A model generated the notes under the pieces. It had not been told where the DNA came from. It did not search any database and was given only the letters and a program-made list of their open reading frames with translations. From NCBI GenBank assembly GCA_000388065.2, contig KB932205.1: a stretch of 27,156 bases of DNA; one strand, written 5' to 3'. Position numbers and translations under genes: made by a program. Below, piece by piece: positions 1-11,914 of the stretch (position 1 is its first letter; each line of letters begins with the position of its first letter). The stretch is from Fonticula alba ATCC 38817. Its lineage: Eukaryota; Protista; Nucleariida.

Positions 1-126
1 CCCTCCTGGGCCGCCCCCTGCCACAGGCGGGCTGGTCACCCTCCCCCAAGTCCCCTCTCCCATCCTCGCCGTCGTCCTCGCCCTGCCTCTTGTGCGACAC
101 CTGCCCGTGTCCCTCCCCCCGAGGCG

Positions 127-1483
127 ATGTTTGCTGCTGGACCTTTGGCCAACCAAATACCCGCCGCGAGATCCCTCCTCTCGTGGCTGCTGCTGGCCGT
201 GCTCGTGCTGGCCCCCGGGCTACATGGCGCCGCCGGGCAGCCATTGCCTGGCGCCAGGTCGCCTGGCCGTGCCCTGGACGTTGCCTGCCCGAGGGACACC
301 TTCGCCGATCCCGCGGAGCCGGGCCGGTGTTTACCGTGTGCGCCCTTTTGTGCGATCTGCACCGGTGGCTCTTGGGCCGATTGCGTGACCTGCAAGAGGG
401 GCTTCTCGCTCGAGCCGATGGTCGGCTGCGTTTCCGGCTGCCCGGAGGACTTCTTCATGTCCGACGACCTGGCCGGGTGTGTCCCTTGCGCCAGCAGCTG
501 CGTCCGCTTCAGTCAAGATGACCCGGGTGCCTGTGCCGCCTGTGCCGAGGACTTCTTCTTGGACCCCTCCTCCGGGCAGTGTGTGTGCACCTGTCCGGCC
601 CAGTGGCTCGGCACCGGTGGCAAGTGTGTTCCCTGTGCCGAGGACTGCCACCAGTGTGTCATGTCGCCGGACAACTGCCACCGATGCCGCTGGGGCAAGT
701 TCAAGACGCGCGGTCCGGCGCCGGTGCGCTGTGTCGACGCCTGCCCTCCCGGGGAATTCCCCCACGCGACCGGGCTCCTCGGGGCTACTCTGCAATGTGC
801 TCTATGCAGTCCAGCCTGTGCCGAGTGCGATGGGCCCGAGGAGGACGCCTGCACCAGCTGTCCCATCAAGGATGGCGTCCAGTGGGTCCTGGCCGAGGAG
901 GGGCTTGCGCGCTGCCTGGCCGCCTGCCCGCCGGGGCAGTATGCCGACGCGCGGGCCGTGTGCCGGCCGTGTGATCCCGCATGCGGGGGCGTCTGCGTGG
1001 GGGCCGGTCCCCAGGGTTGTGACGTTGGCTTGGTCCTCCCGCCGCCCCCCGGTGCGACCCCCTCCCCCTCGGCCCCGGGGGCCGGGTCTTCCTCGGCTTC
1101 GGCCTCCGATGCGTCGGCCTCCCTTGCGGCATCCTCGTCCGGCTCCGAGCCGGCCACCGGCCCGGGCACGGATGGAGGTGTGTGCCGCCCCCTGACGCCG
1201 CCCGTCGCTTCCCTCCCCCCCCCGCCCGGGCTCTGTCACGCCTCTTTACTAACCGTGGGCCCCTGCCCGGCTGCACCTCCCCGCCTCGCGCTCTTGTCTC
1301 GTCTCACCAGCACGCCTGCCCGTAGGAAAAGCCACCGTCATTATCATCATCATCATCGGCGTGAGCATCGCCGTGATCGGAGCCCTGGCGCTGGCCGGCG
1401 GAGTGTCATTCGCCCGAGCCCGAAGCGCACAAAAGGCCCCCCACGGGCAGTCTGACCCGGTGGAGCTGGGTTTGCTCGGGTAG
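127..1483 (+). CDS. Type-I membrane protein with furin-like Cys-rich repeats, no kinase (407 aa; exons 127-1177, 1311-1483)
   Basis: Signal-peptide-like LLSWLLLAVLVLAPG; about six CxxCxxxCxxC/CxxxCP repeats; Ser/Ala linker; phase-1 intron 1178-1310 (G|GTGTGT, TACTAAC at 1247-1253, CAG). Exon 2 reads ARLPVGKATVIIIIIIGVSIAVIGALALAGGVSF (TM) then RARSAQKAPHGQSDPVELGLLG, TAG at 1481-1483. Spliced length 1224 nt is divisible by 3. Confidence 0.88.
1178..1310 (+). other. Spliceosomal intron, phase 1, between ectodomain and TM exon of gene 1
   Basis: GTGTGT donor, perfect TACTAAC branch motif, pyrimidine tract, CAG acceptor; splicing restores a TM helix and a stop. Confidence 0.85.
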
Positions 1484-1495
1484 GCCTCGGATCCC

Positions 1496-1528
1496 TCCGG
1501 CCTGGCGTCTCCGGCCTGGCGTCTCCGG
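1496..1528. repeat. 14-bp tandem repeat (TCCGGCCTGGCGTC) x~2.4 just 3' of gene 1
   Basis: Read directly in the sequence. Confidence 0.8.
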
Positions 1529-2308
1529 TCATGGGTGTGCTGGTGTGCTGGTGCTTGTGCCCCTGCAGTTTGGACACGCCGCAAGGGTGCCTCAACCCGG
1601 GGGGACGCTCAAGTTGCCGCGTCCCTTTCCGCTCGCCTTCTGCCCCGGCCCACCCCCATGTCGACCGAGTTCCCCCCCCCCCCCCCGGTGCCGAGTGGCA
1701 GCGGGGTCGACCGGTCTCGCGCAATGTACCCCGGGAGGGGGATGCCGCAGGCAAGAGGCGGACACCGCTCCGATGATATAATACACATGTGGCCTAGGCC
1801 TTCCCTCGCGAGTGCGTGCGTGTCGGGCAGCGTGTCCTGTGAGAGACGCAAGCAGCAGCGCATTGGGCGATCGGTCTCGGATGGGGTCGAGGCAAATCCC
1901 GGCCGTCATGTCTGTCGAGGGGGGGGGGGGGCCGCCTTGCGCCTTGATTGGTTGGCAGGAGCAGGTCCACGCAGGCAGCCTGCCTCTGGGCGCGGCACCC
2001 CCGCACCGAGGGCGCACCGCCCTGGCGGGCGTCGGGCCGGCGGCGGAACGCAGCATTACCTGCTGAGAACTGGCCGAAAGGCATGTACGCCAGCGTGCAC
2101 ACGGACACCTGCATGCACCCGTGTTGGCATCCAAGCTCCTCGGAGCATGGGCCTGTGGTGCCTGCCGACTGGGGCCCGGCCGTGCCAGACCATCGGCGCC
2201 AGTCCGGTGCCACGCTGTTCTCCGGGTCTCCGGACCGGTCACCCACCGGCCCATCGGGTATCCAGAGAGAGACCAGCCCTGTCTCCTTCGTTCACTCTCT
2301 CCCGCTCT

Positions 2309-2312
<4 letters not shown>

Positions 2313-2374
<62 letters not shown>
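2313..2374. repeat. (CT)n microsatellite, about 31 units
   Basis: Read directly; produces the SLSLSL/ERERER ORFs in the track. Confidence 0.97.
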
Positions 2375-2377
<3 letters not shown>

Positions 2378-2642
2378 GGTGTCTGTCCTTTTCGATGGCG
2401 CACCACCCAATGGTGGGCCAGCATTCCCCCATACGATGGGGGCCCCGGAATGCCCAGCTGACCGGAGCCTGAGATCCATGCCTGGGAAAAGCAATATTCC
2501 GTTATGCACCCGGACCCACGCGTGTCTCCTGCCCGACCAGGGGCCCAGACACAGGTGTACCGCTGCGGGCCGATGGTCGCGCGGCCTACAAGTGACAATT
2601 GAGCTGTCGATATTTTTTCGGCTTCCCTTTTCCACTCGCCCC

Positions 2643-2662
2643 NNNNNNNNNNNNNNNNNNNN
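2643..2662. other. Assembly gap (20 N)
   Basis: N run. Confidence 0.99.
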
Positions 2663-3259
2663 GAGCCGGTGGCCGGTGTCCCGCTGCCAGCAAGCCGGGA
2701 CGGAGGCCCGGCGGACCGGAGGCTGGTGCCCCCTCCCCCCACCCCTCACCCCCCGTCCGACCGGTGGCTCTTTGCGAATGTCCCATCTCGGCTGTGCCTC
2801 TAGCTTGGGAGGCGTTCCCCCCCCCCCCCCAAATCCTCTCGCCCCGGGCGGGGAAAGCCCCCCGCGCCCTGTGGACCCCAGGCCGGGCGAGGGGCAGCGA
2901 TTGGGCCCAAGGGCCGTCGCATTCCGCGAGCCCGCCATCCCTCCTGGAGGACGGGCGCCGCTTGCCCCCGAGCAAACGGAGGGAGATGGCGCTCTGCCCG
3001 CCGAGGCAGGCGCTCAGCCCTGTCCCATCGCCGGGGCTGCCAACACAGCGCCTCCGGGGTGCCGGGAGGACCGCGGCGCCCGGGTTAAGGTTGCGGCGAT
3101 ATTGGGCGGCGCTGTATCATGTGCCGGAGGCATCACACCACCCAACATCACGGGCCGCCGCTGCCCATCCGGAGAATCCCGACGGACCGGTCCCTGTGGC
3201 TTCCTCATGAATGTGGGCGTGTTGGTGCGGCGGCACGCGCATGGATTGCCGTTAGTGTC

Positions 3260-3260
3260 G

Positions 3261-3295
<35 letters not shown>

Positions 3296-3296
3296 G
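3260..3296. repeat. (GTT)12 microsatellite
   Basis: Read directly; produces poly-L/V/N/Q/T ORFs in the track. Confidence 0.95.
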
Positions 3297-4126
3297 GTCT
3301 GCACGGGCCGGGGTCCTGAAGTTGTGTGTGTGTGTGCGCGCGCGAGCCCGGGCGTCCCTGTGACGGCGGTGGCTCCTGGCCGGCGGGGCACTTTGAAACG
3401 GGCGCCAGGGCCACCGATGCCCGGCCCCCGGCCTTCCCGGGAGAGCCAATTGCCCTGGCCCGAGAGGGGAGAGCGGGGGCGCCATGTGTGCCCCGCGTGC
3501 CGGGCGGCCGATGCCTTCCCCATTGAGTGGGGCTGGGCAGCGTGCGCCCTCCCGATCTGGGCAGGGCCGCCGCATGCCGGCAGCCCGGCAGGCAGCGTGG
3601 AGCGTGTGGAAAGAAAAATATGCCCCCGGCAGAGGGACCTGCCTTCCGAAAATGGCCCGCCCGCCCGGGCGCGCCTCGCCCGCGTGAGAATCGGCGTGTG
3701 TGTGTGTGTCAGCGTGCATTTTTTTGCCCGCAGCACAGCCACCCCGACCCGCCCCGGGCGACCCTTGCAAGGGTGATCACCACGTCGGCCTGGGCCGTGG
3801 ATCTTGGCCGCGCATTTCGCCGGCCCTCTTTCGGGCCGGCCGGGAATGCGCCTCGCGGGAGAAAGGCCCCCGGGGGGTGACACGCGTACGTCCCCCGGCC
3901 GGATGAGCGCCCCCCGGCGCCAGCCTGGGCTCCGCTGGCCGGGGCGGAGGGGCGGCGGCCCGCGCGAGTGGCCCGTTCCCTGACGGGCGGCCGCCGGGCA
4001 CACCGGCGGGGCGTGGTTTCGCCTCCGGGCGGGGCCCCAGGCCGGTGCGATTCTCCGCGGCACCCCCCCCCCCCCCCTCCCGCGCGCGCGCACTAGCGCC
4101 CCCGGTCTCAGTCAGCATCGCCCCGA

Positions 4127-4143
4127 GGGCGGGCCAATATAAG
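4127..4143 (+). promoter_or_regulatory. Candidate Pol II promoter: adjacent GC-box, CCAAT and TATAA
   Basis: GGGCGGGCCAATATAAG about 240 bp upstream of the gene 2 ATG, one of few AT-containing patches nearby. Motif match only. Confidence 0.35.
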
Positions 4144-4378
4144 ACGCCCCCCCTCCGGGGCCGGGCGAACGGTTGCTGCACATTACCGCTCCCCCCCCCC
4201 CCTGGACCTGGTCTCTGTTTGCCCTCTCCCCTTTGTCCCGGCCCCCGGCGTGTGTGTGTGTGCGTGTGTGTGTGTCTCCTCCTCCCCGCCCCTCGCGCCG
4301 TCGGTCCCTCCCCGTCGCGGCCCTCCACTGGGTAGCCCTCTGCGCCGCCTGGCCGCCAGCGCCCGCCACACGGCCACC

Positions 4379-7300
4379 ATGTTCCGCCCGCAGGCCAGCC
4401 TGCTTGGGCTGTGGCTCAGCCTGGTGGCGTTGGTGGCGCTGACCCTGGCAGCGCCCCTGCCCTCTTCCCCCCGGCCTCGCGAGGGGACGGCCACCGCCAC
4501 GGCCGCCCCGCCGGCCTACCACCTGACTCGGATCCTGCGCTCGACGCAAATCGAGCAGCCCACCTCCTCCGCCGGGCACCTGGTCTTCTGCGACTTCTTC
4601 AACCAGGATGCCCTGTCGCGCGGGGGCTCGGACGGGCTGGACGACCTGGCCACCACCGGGACCTTCTACTCGGTGGCCACCGAGGCGGTGGTCCCCTCGC
4701 GTGACATCCCCCCGGCCGACCGGCGCCCGGTCACCCTGCTGGAGGGCGGCCGCGGCCAGGTCCACTGCCTGACCGGGCGCAATCCCTTCCCCTCGATGGA
4801 GGACACCCCGCGGATGCTGGACTCCGTGCTGACCGGGGTCCATGCCGTCCGGGGGCTGTACTACTCCTCCGCCGAGCAGGACATCCTGGTGGCCGGGCGC
4901 GATGCCATCAAGTCCTACCAGATTTCGCTGCCCACCCCGCCGGTGGTGGTGTCCGGCCGGTACTTCGGCCGGTCGGTGTCCATGCTGCTGTATGCCAGCG
5001 ACACCAGCCTCTCCCTGCGGCCGCTGGCCAGCAGCGAGGTTCCCCGCTGGTCCATCTCGCGCGAGTCCTTCAGCGACATTGCCGCCCTGGCGGCCACCGA
5101 CCTGGACGACAACCAGGCCGTCGACGCGGTGGTGGCCGGGCGCGTGACTTCCACCCCGCACGAGCACTCGCTCCTGTGGGCGTGGGACCTGGGCGCCGAC
5201 AATGCCGACCCGCTGATTTCCAAGCTGGCCGTCTTCTGGCACCTGGGCCCCGGGGTCCGGGCCGGGCAGCTGCTGGTCGGCGACTTCGATGGCGATGGCC
5301 GGGCCTCGGATGTGGTGGTGGTCAGCGGCCCCGGGTCGATGGCCTCCCCGCGGCTGGTGTACTTCCTTTCGTCCGGCGGCTTCCGCCACCCGGTGACCGT
5401 GGACCTGGCGGCCATGCTGCCCGCCGGGTCGGTGACCGATTGGACCACCGTGAGCCCGCGCGCGGCGGTCGTCCGTCTGACCGGCGGCGGCCCGGCGCAC
5501 GATGTCGTGGTTGCCCTCGGCCCGCGGGTGTATGTTCTCCATGGGCCCCGGGCTCCCCCGGGGCCGGGGTCGCCCTCCGACGGGAGCAGCGGCGATTCCG
5601 CCGGCAGCGACACCACCGGCGATGGGCTGCTCCTCACGCTGGCCGATGTCCTGCACAGCCCCCTGGTGCCGGACCTCCCTGCCGGGCACTTCCTGGATGT
5701 GGCCTTCGGCGACTTCGACGGCGACAACCTGCCGGACCTGGCCCTGACGCGCTCCGACGCCCCGATGGATATCCTGCTCCTGACCCAGGTGGCAGCCACC
5801 CGGCGCCGGCTGTGTGGCCGCAAGTCCATGCCAATCATCCTGCCGGCCGGCAACTTCTGGAACGAGCTGGCCTGCCAGTGCGTTGATTTGAACGCCGACC
5901 CGGGGCATCCGTTTGCCCCTTGCGAGTTCTGCAAGCCGCGGTTCTTCCTGTCGCCCGGTGCGTGCGCCCTTCCGCCGGGTTTCCCCGCTCCCCCCCCCCC
6001 CCGGCCCCTCGGGGGACCCGACGGGCCGGGCTCTTGCCTGCTGCCTGTCCCAGTGCTTGATGTGTGTCCTACCCCTTGCCGCGCGTCTGCTCACCCCTCG
6101 TCCTTCCCTCTCCCCCTCCCCGGGTCCCGTGCCCCTGTCGCCGGTTGATCCGGCCCTCGACCTGGCCGCCTCCCCGCCACGCCCGACAGAGGGCACCTGC
6201 CAGCCCTGCCACGCGGATTGCGATCTCTGCGAGGGCCCTGGCCCGGGGGATTGTCGGACTTGCGCCGTCGCCGGGCACGCCCCCTCCAATGGCACGTGCG
6301 CCGCCCGGGCGCCAGTCCAAGTGGGCCTGACCGCGCAGCCGACCGCGCCCTTTGTGCAGGTGTCCCCGCCGGTGCCCTTCGACGGCGGCATCGATGACCT
6401 CTTCACGATGTCCCGCGACCAGGTCCTTTCGGTCAGCGCCTCGGCGGCCGAAATGGCCAAGGTCCGGGATGTGCGCCTGGCGGGCCTGGGCCCGGCCGGG
6501 GCCGAGCCCCGCCGCGCGGGGCAGCTGCTGGTCACCAGCCGCGGCACGAGCAAGTGGATCCTGGAGGTGCTGGAGCAGCCGGCCGGCGGCCAGATGCGCA
6601 TCCAGACCACCTCCCTGCCGTTGGATGTCGACATCACGCTGGCCATGCGCCGGTTCCCGGCCGCCGAGGCCGGCGGCAACCCGACGCGCTTCGCCCACAT
6701 GGGGTCCAGCCAGACCTTCATGTGCCCGGGCGGCCCGGCCGGCGACACGTGCGAGGAGTTCGCCACCAAGCACAGCCTCCCCTCGTCGGTGTATGCGACG
6801 CCCGGGCGGGTGCACCCCCCGGGCGCCACCGGCATCCTGCGCCCCGTGCTCCCGGTCAATGAGGCGGCCCTCGGCAAGCGCCGACTCTACACCTCGGCGG
6901 CCGGGCCGTCGCACAGCATCTGGCACCCGGTGGACAATGTCCACAATGTGGACCGGCTGCTGGTGCTGAGCGCCCCGCCCGCGAGCACCTACTGCTCCGT
7001 CAGCTACTCGGCGGCCCTGAGCCACGAGGTGAACTCGGCCTCGGCCCCGCCGCTGGCCATCATGCACCCGGAGGCCGATCAGTTCCCCTGCGGGCCGATG
7101 ATTTCCCTGCCCGCGGGCCCGGGGGTCCGGCCCCCGGTGCTGGTGGTGTCCGACAGCAGCCACAACGCGCACCTGCTCTACCTGCTGCGCAACCCCACCC
7201 TCGAGGGGGAGGCCCCGCGCTTTGAGAAGGCCATCCCCCTGCTGGTGCCGGCGGATCTGGGCTACCTGCCGAATGCCCACCCCCGGCTGTCTTGGCACTT

Positions 7301-10300
7301 CCTCCAGCAAACCGCGCGGCCCAGCCGGGTGGAGCTCGTCCTGTGGGACGGCCTCGCGGCTTGGATCGTGACCGTTCACCACCCGGCCGGGCCGGAGGCC
7401 CCGCGCGTCGAGCTCGAGCCGCTGGTGGCCAGCCAGGCCCTCACCGCGCGCACCACCGACTCCCTGAGCATCGCCTCGCTGGAGGTGGCCCTGCGCCCGG
7501 GCCCCGAGGCGGCCTCCTCGCCGGGGGGGGCCACGCCCACCGAGCTGGTGCTGGTGCTGCGTGACCATTCGTCCAAGAAGCTGTACGTCTTCCGCCGGGC
7601 CACCAAGGCCTCCGGCTGCGGGTGCGGCGACCATGGGGTGTGCACCCCGCCGGCCGGCGGGTGGGGCTTTGCCCCCTGTGCGCCTGGCACCAATGGCTGC
7701 CTGCCGGTGGCCACCAGCCTTCGGCCGGAGGACTTCTGCACCTGCCGGCCCGAGGCCGCCACGGTGGATCCCCAGCACCCCTGCCGGGAGTGTGCCTCGG
7801 CACCGGGTGCCGGCGGCCTGCTGTCCCCCGGGGCGGATGGGCCCGCCGCGGTGGCTGCCACATGCTCCCTGTGCTCGGTTGCACAGTGTGCCCAGTGCAC
7901 GGTCGCCGGCGGCTGCCTGGCCTGCCACACGGGCTGGCTCCTGGATCCGGCTGGCAATTGTGTCCAGCGGTGCGACTCCCCGACGGCCGTGGTGCAGGAT
8001 GGCCGGTGCCGGTCGTCGGCCGACGGATCGCGCGACACCTGGCGGCCCTGGCCTCGGGTTGTGGCCGGCCCCGGGTGGGAGGGCTTCCAGGTGGAGGCCC
8101 TGCTGCCGGTGCGGCCGGCCCGGGCCCGGTACTCGTCCGGCCGCTTCGACACGCCCCTGGCCACGGTGCATGCCAGCCTGGTGGGGCGCTTTGCCGGGGC
8201 ATCGGCCGCCACCACGCGCACCTTCGTCCCCGCCAGCCAGGAGCTGCCGCCGCTCGGCAAGCCGACCCTCGCCGAGCAGGTGAACCTCTCCCGGGCATTG
8301 GTGGACACCTGCAGCCCGAATGGCAAGAACCCCGGCCTCGAGCCGGACCTGCTGCCGTTGAATACGGTGGCGGATTTGCGCGGCCCCGCGGTGGGCCCCT
8401 GGTTTGGGGCGTTGTATGGGGACGCGCCGGCCGGGCCGGGCCCCGACGACCGGGCTGCCCAGGACCCGACCCGGGCCACCGGGCTGGGGCTGGTGCATGC
8501 GGCCGCCGTGTCGACCTGGCGCCTGACCACCGCCCCGCAGGCCAACCCCAGCAGCCTCTGCCATCCGGATGACACGGCCGTCGGGCCGACGCTCGTGAGC
8601 CTGGACCAGGCCCTGGCCTCGTCGAACCTCCTCCGGCCCAGCAGCAACACCGAGGGCTACATGCACCATGTGTTTGCCGAGTGCCGGGCCGTGGGGTTGC
8701 CCTTCGCCCCGGAGGAGGTGGCCCTGGTGGAGCCCGGCAGCCAGCCGCTGGATGGCCAGCACCCGCAGAATGTGGTCCTGGCCCGGCGCCTGGCCGCGCC
8801 GGATGGCTCTCGCCCGGCCCGGCTGCTGGTGGTCCTGCCCCAGTCGCTGGTCGGGCGTGGGACGTCCAAGGCCCCGCTCGGGGCATGCCGGCAGGATCTG
8901 CTGATCCAGCTGCCGGACGACCGGCCGCGCTACTCGGAGCTGACCGCCACCGGCGGGGTGGAGGGGTCCAGCTCCATTTCCTACCACATGGCCCTGACCA
9001 TGCCGCAGGTGGCCGATGTCTTCCCCCAGGCCCCGGTGTCCGGGCCGGCGGTGCTGCTGTCCTACTTCGTGAACTTCCCCTCCAGCGACACGAACCTGCT
9101 GGGGCTGTTGGTCCAGCCGCCGGGTGATGTGCCCCTGCACCAGGCGCTGGTGTACCAGCAGTCCAGCGTGTCGCCGGTGATGCTGGTCCTGGCCCGGGCC
9201 GATGGCCAGGCCGCCGGGCTGGTCATGCAGGAGCTGGCCTGCCTGCAGCAGCAGTCGGTGACCAATGCCTGGGCCCTGGCCGGCCAGGCCGACGGCCCGC
9301 CCTTCTCCCAGCCCGGGTCCCTGACGGCGGGGGACTTCCTGCCGGGCAACCGCTCCGGGCGCCGGGACATGGGCTGTCCGTTGGTGGTGCTGGAGCATGA
9401 GCCCATTGCCTCGACCTCGGTCCTGCACCGGTTCGACATCGATGGCGATGGGCGCCTGGACATGGTCCTGGTGGATGAGGCCACCGGCCGGCTGGTGTTC
9501 TACCTGGCGGTCGGGTCGGCCGTGGCCGGCAGGTCCTTCCGCCGGTCGGAGGTGACCATTGCCGGCCTGGGTGCCCCCCTGGCGGCGGGGCTCCGCCGGC
9601 GCATGCTCCTGGCCGACCTGGATGGCGACCGGTTTGTGGAGGTGGTGCTCGTGGTGCAGGCGGACGGCTCGTCGGCCGGTGGCAGCGCCCTTGCCGGGGC
9701 GAGTGCCCTGCCGTCGCCCCTGGTGGAGGTCTACTCCACCGGCGGTAACGCCGACGCCCGGTGCCCGAGCCCGGCCACCTTCAATGAGAGCACCCTCGAG
9801 TGCCAGTGCCCGGCCGGGGGTCTGCGGGTCTTCGACCCGCAGGCCTGGGCGTGTGTCTGCCCGGAGGGCTTCATCCCGGAGGGTGATTCCTGCAAGCCGG
9901 GCTGCCCTCCGGGCCGGGTGGAGCTGCCGGCCGCCGCTGGCGCCGCCGCCGCCGCCGCCGCCGCCGAGCCCGGGGCCGTGTGCCTGGACGCCTGCCCGGA
10001 TGGCTGGTTCGAGCCGGCCACCGGCAACATTTGCCAGGCATGCTCCGAGGCCTGCCCGACGTGCTACGGCCCGGGCCCGGACCAGTGTGGCTCTGGGCCG
10101 AGCGACTCCGGTCCCGGGTCCGGCTCGTCGTCCCTGCCCTTGAGTGGCAGCAATGGCAGTGGCAGCCATCCGCCGGCCAAGAAGAGCCACACCCTGGCCA
10201 TTGCCCTGGGTGTGGCCATTCCGCTGGTGGTGCTGCTCATCATCGCCGGTGTGCTGCTCTTCCTGGCCATCACCAAGCGGGGCTTCTTCCGGGATGGCGG

Positions 10301-10337
10301 CGCGGCCGGCTCCAAGGTCGAGATGGGCGCCTTCTGA
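4379..10337 (+). CDS. Giant type-I membrane protein with FG-GAP repeats, furin/EGF-like Cys-rich modules and an integrin-alpha-like KRGFFR tail (~1908 aa; exons 4379-5957, 6190-10337)
   Basis: GCCACC-ATG at 4379; signal peptide SLLGLWLSLVALVALTLA; FG-GAP-type loops DLDDNQAVD, GDFDGDGRASD, GDFDGDNLPD, DIDGDGRLD, DLDGDRFVE; phase-1 intron 5958-6189 (G|GTGCGT...CAG) joins ORFs 4250..6148 and 5913..10337 in frame (5727 nt); Cys-rich blocks; TM LAIALGVAIPLVVLLIIAGVLLFLAI; tail TKRGFFRDGGAAGSKVEMGAF*. Confidence 0.88.
5958..6189 (+). other. Spliceosomal intron, phase 1, gene 2
   Basis: GTGCGT donor, poly-C tract, TGCTCAC branch candidate with no AG between it and the CAG at 6187-6189; G+AG gives Glu in frame. 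Confidence 0.82.
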
Positions 10338-10917
10338 TGCGGGGGCGGCCGCCCCCCTCCCGGGATGAAGTTTCCCCCCCTGTCGCTCTTTCCGCGCAGG
10401 CTATGGCTGGGTTGCCAGTGGGGCGCGCTCCCGCCGCCCGGGGTCGGGTTCCTGGCCCGGCGTGGCCTCTCGCAGGCCTGTGGCCATCCCCCTCCCCCCC
10501 CCCCCTCTCGGGCTCTTTGCCCCGGCCGTATGTGTGCATCCCCGTGTATTTTTTCTGTGCCACGGGGACATGTGTGTCCCCCCGGCACTCTCCAATACAG
10601 CATCCCCCGAGCACGCCCCTAGTTGCAGGCTGTTTTTTGTCCTTTGATCCGGGTGCTTGTTGCTGCTGCTTTTGCCGCTGGGGGTCCCGCATGCCAGACC
10701 GGGCGCCCCCCCCCCCCCCCTCGCCTGGCCCTTCCTGCTGCCGGTTAGCCGGGGGACCGGAAAAGCTGGCGGAGCACTGCCCAGACAGGGATGCGATGTG
10801 TCGTTTCCCCAGGAGGGCTTGGCACTTCATGCGCCCCTCGTCCGGGGCTTTCGCCAGTCGGGGATGTCCAGGAGGTAGCACTTTTGGTCATCATCCCAGG
10901 GGGACGCCCAGGCATGG

Positions 10918-11003
10918 GTGTGTGTGTCAGTGTGCATGTCAGTGTGTCAGTGTGCATGTCAGTGTGCATGTGTTGTGTGTCAGTGTGCATGTCAGTGTGT
11001 GAG
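10918..11003. repeat. Compound repeat built from GTCAGTGTGCAT / GTGT units
   Basis: Several copies of GTCAGTGTGCAT interleaved with GT dinucleotides. Confidence 0.85.
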
Positions 11004-11914
11004 TGCGCAATGCCTGTGCATGCGTGTCCCTGCATGCGTGTGTCTCTGCACGCCCCCCGGCCATGTGCCTGCCGAGTGAGGCCAGCCAGGGTGCCGGCCA
11101 TCTTCACCAGGCCGGCGTGCCGTCGGTCGAGGCGCCCTGTGTGATGGGGACCCTTCGCACCGGCCCATTGCCCTCACCCGGCAGCGCCCTGGCCGGCCGG
11201 GTCCCTGGGCTGGCGGCCGGCTCGCCCGAGTCCTTGGCTGCCGGCGCATGCAGGCCGTACCGGGGGCGCTGTCCGCCGGCCGGCCGGCCCGGGGCACCGG
11301 CAGACCGCGGGCCAGTTCTTGTGAGTGCCGGTGGCCACCCGGCGGCCTCGCGCCAGGGCGCCCCCTCCGTCCCGCGGTGCGCCAGATGGTCCGTGCACTT
11401 GGGCCCCAACTGGCCGGACCTGCCGCTGCCAGGCAGCCCCGGGTCGTGGGCCGGGCCGGTGCCGGTGCGGTCCCCGGCACGGCTCCCCGGGAGCCTGGTC
11501 CTTGCGTCTCACCGCGTCCCGACCGTGTGGAGCCTGTGGCCGGAGGGCAGTCGGGTGCTTTCGCGCCACGAGCACCGGCGTGCGTCCCGGCGGGCGGGCC
11601 CGCCGCCAGGCCCCAGCAGGGCCGCATGCGCCGGACGCCGCCCGGGCCGGGTGGCTGCATTTTCGCCACCGGCCCTCGTCGAGGGGGGCCACTCATGCGC
11701 GCCAGCCCGAAAGCATCGCCGCCGGCCGGTGCATGCGCTCGTCGGCCCGCCGGCCGGTGGCCCAAGCCAAGTGCGACCGGCAGGCCGATCCCGGGCCGGC
11801 CCGAAGCATGCGAAGAACACCGCGCCCCCGGCCTTGCCTCGGGCTCGGGGGGGGGGGCCTGCGCCAGCGCGGTCCGCATAAAAAGCCCCTCTCCGATCCG
11901 GGACCCCAAGCGCC

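Noticed and set aside
1178-1455. Poly-His tail (HRHYHHHHRREH) of the 442-aa ORF
   Set aside because: Read-through of the intron into the wrong frame; the spliced frame reads VIIIIII as part of the TM helix.
2121-4093. Long ORFs with SLSL, poly-L, poly-N and poly-Q runs
   Set aside because: Products of (CT)n and (GTT)n microsatellites and an N gap in GC-rich intergenic DNA.
6069-10190. 1373-aa minus-strand ORF (also 4112..6877 minus)
   Set aside because: Antisense shadow of gene 2 caused by high GC3; Gly/Arg/Ala/Gln-rich text with no motifs.
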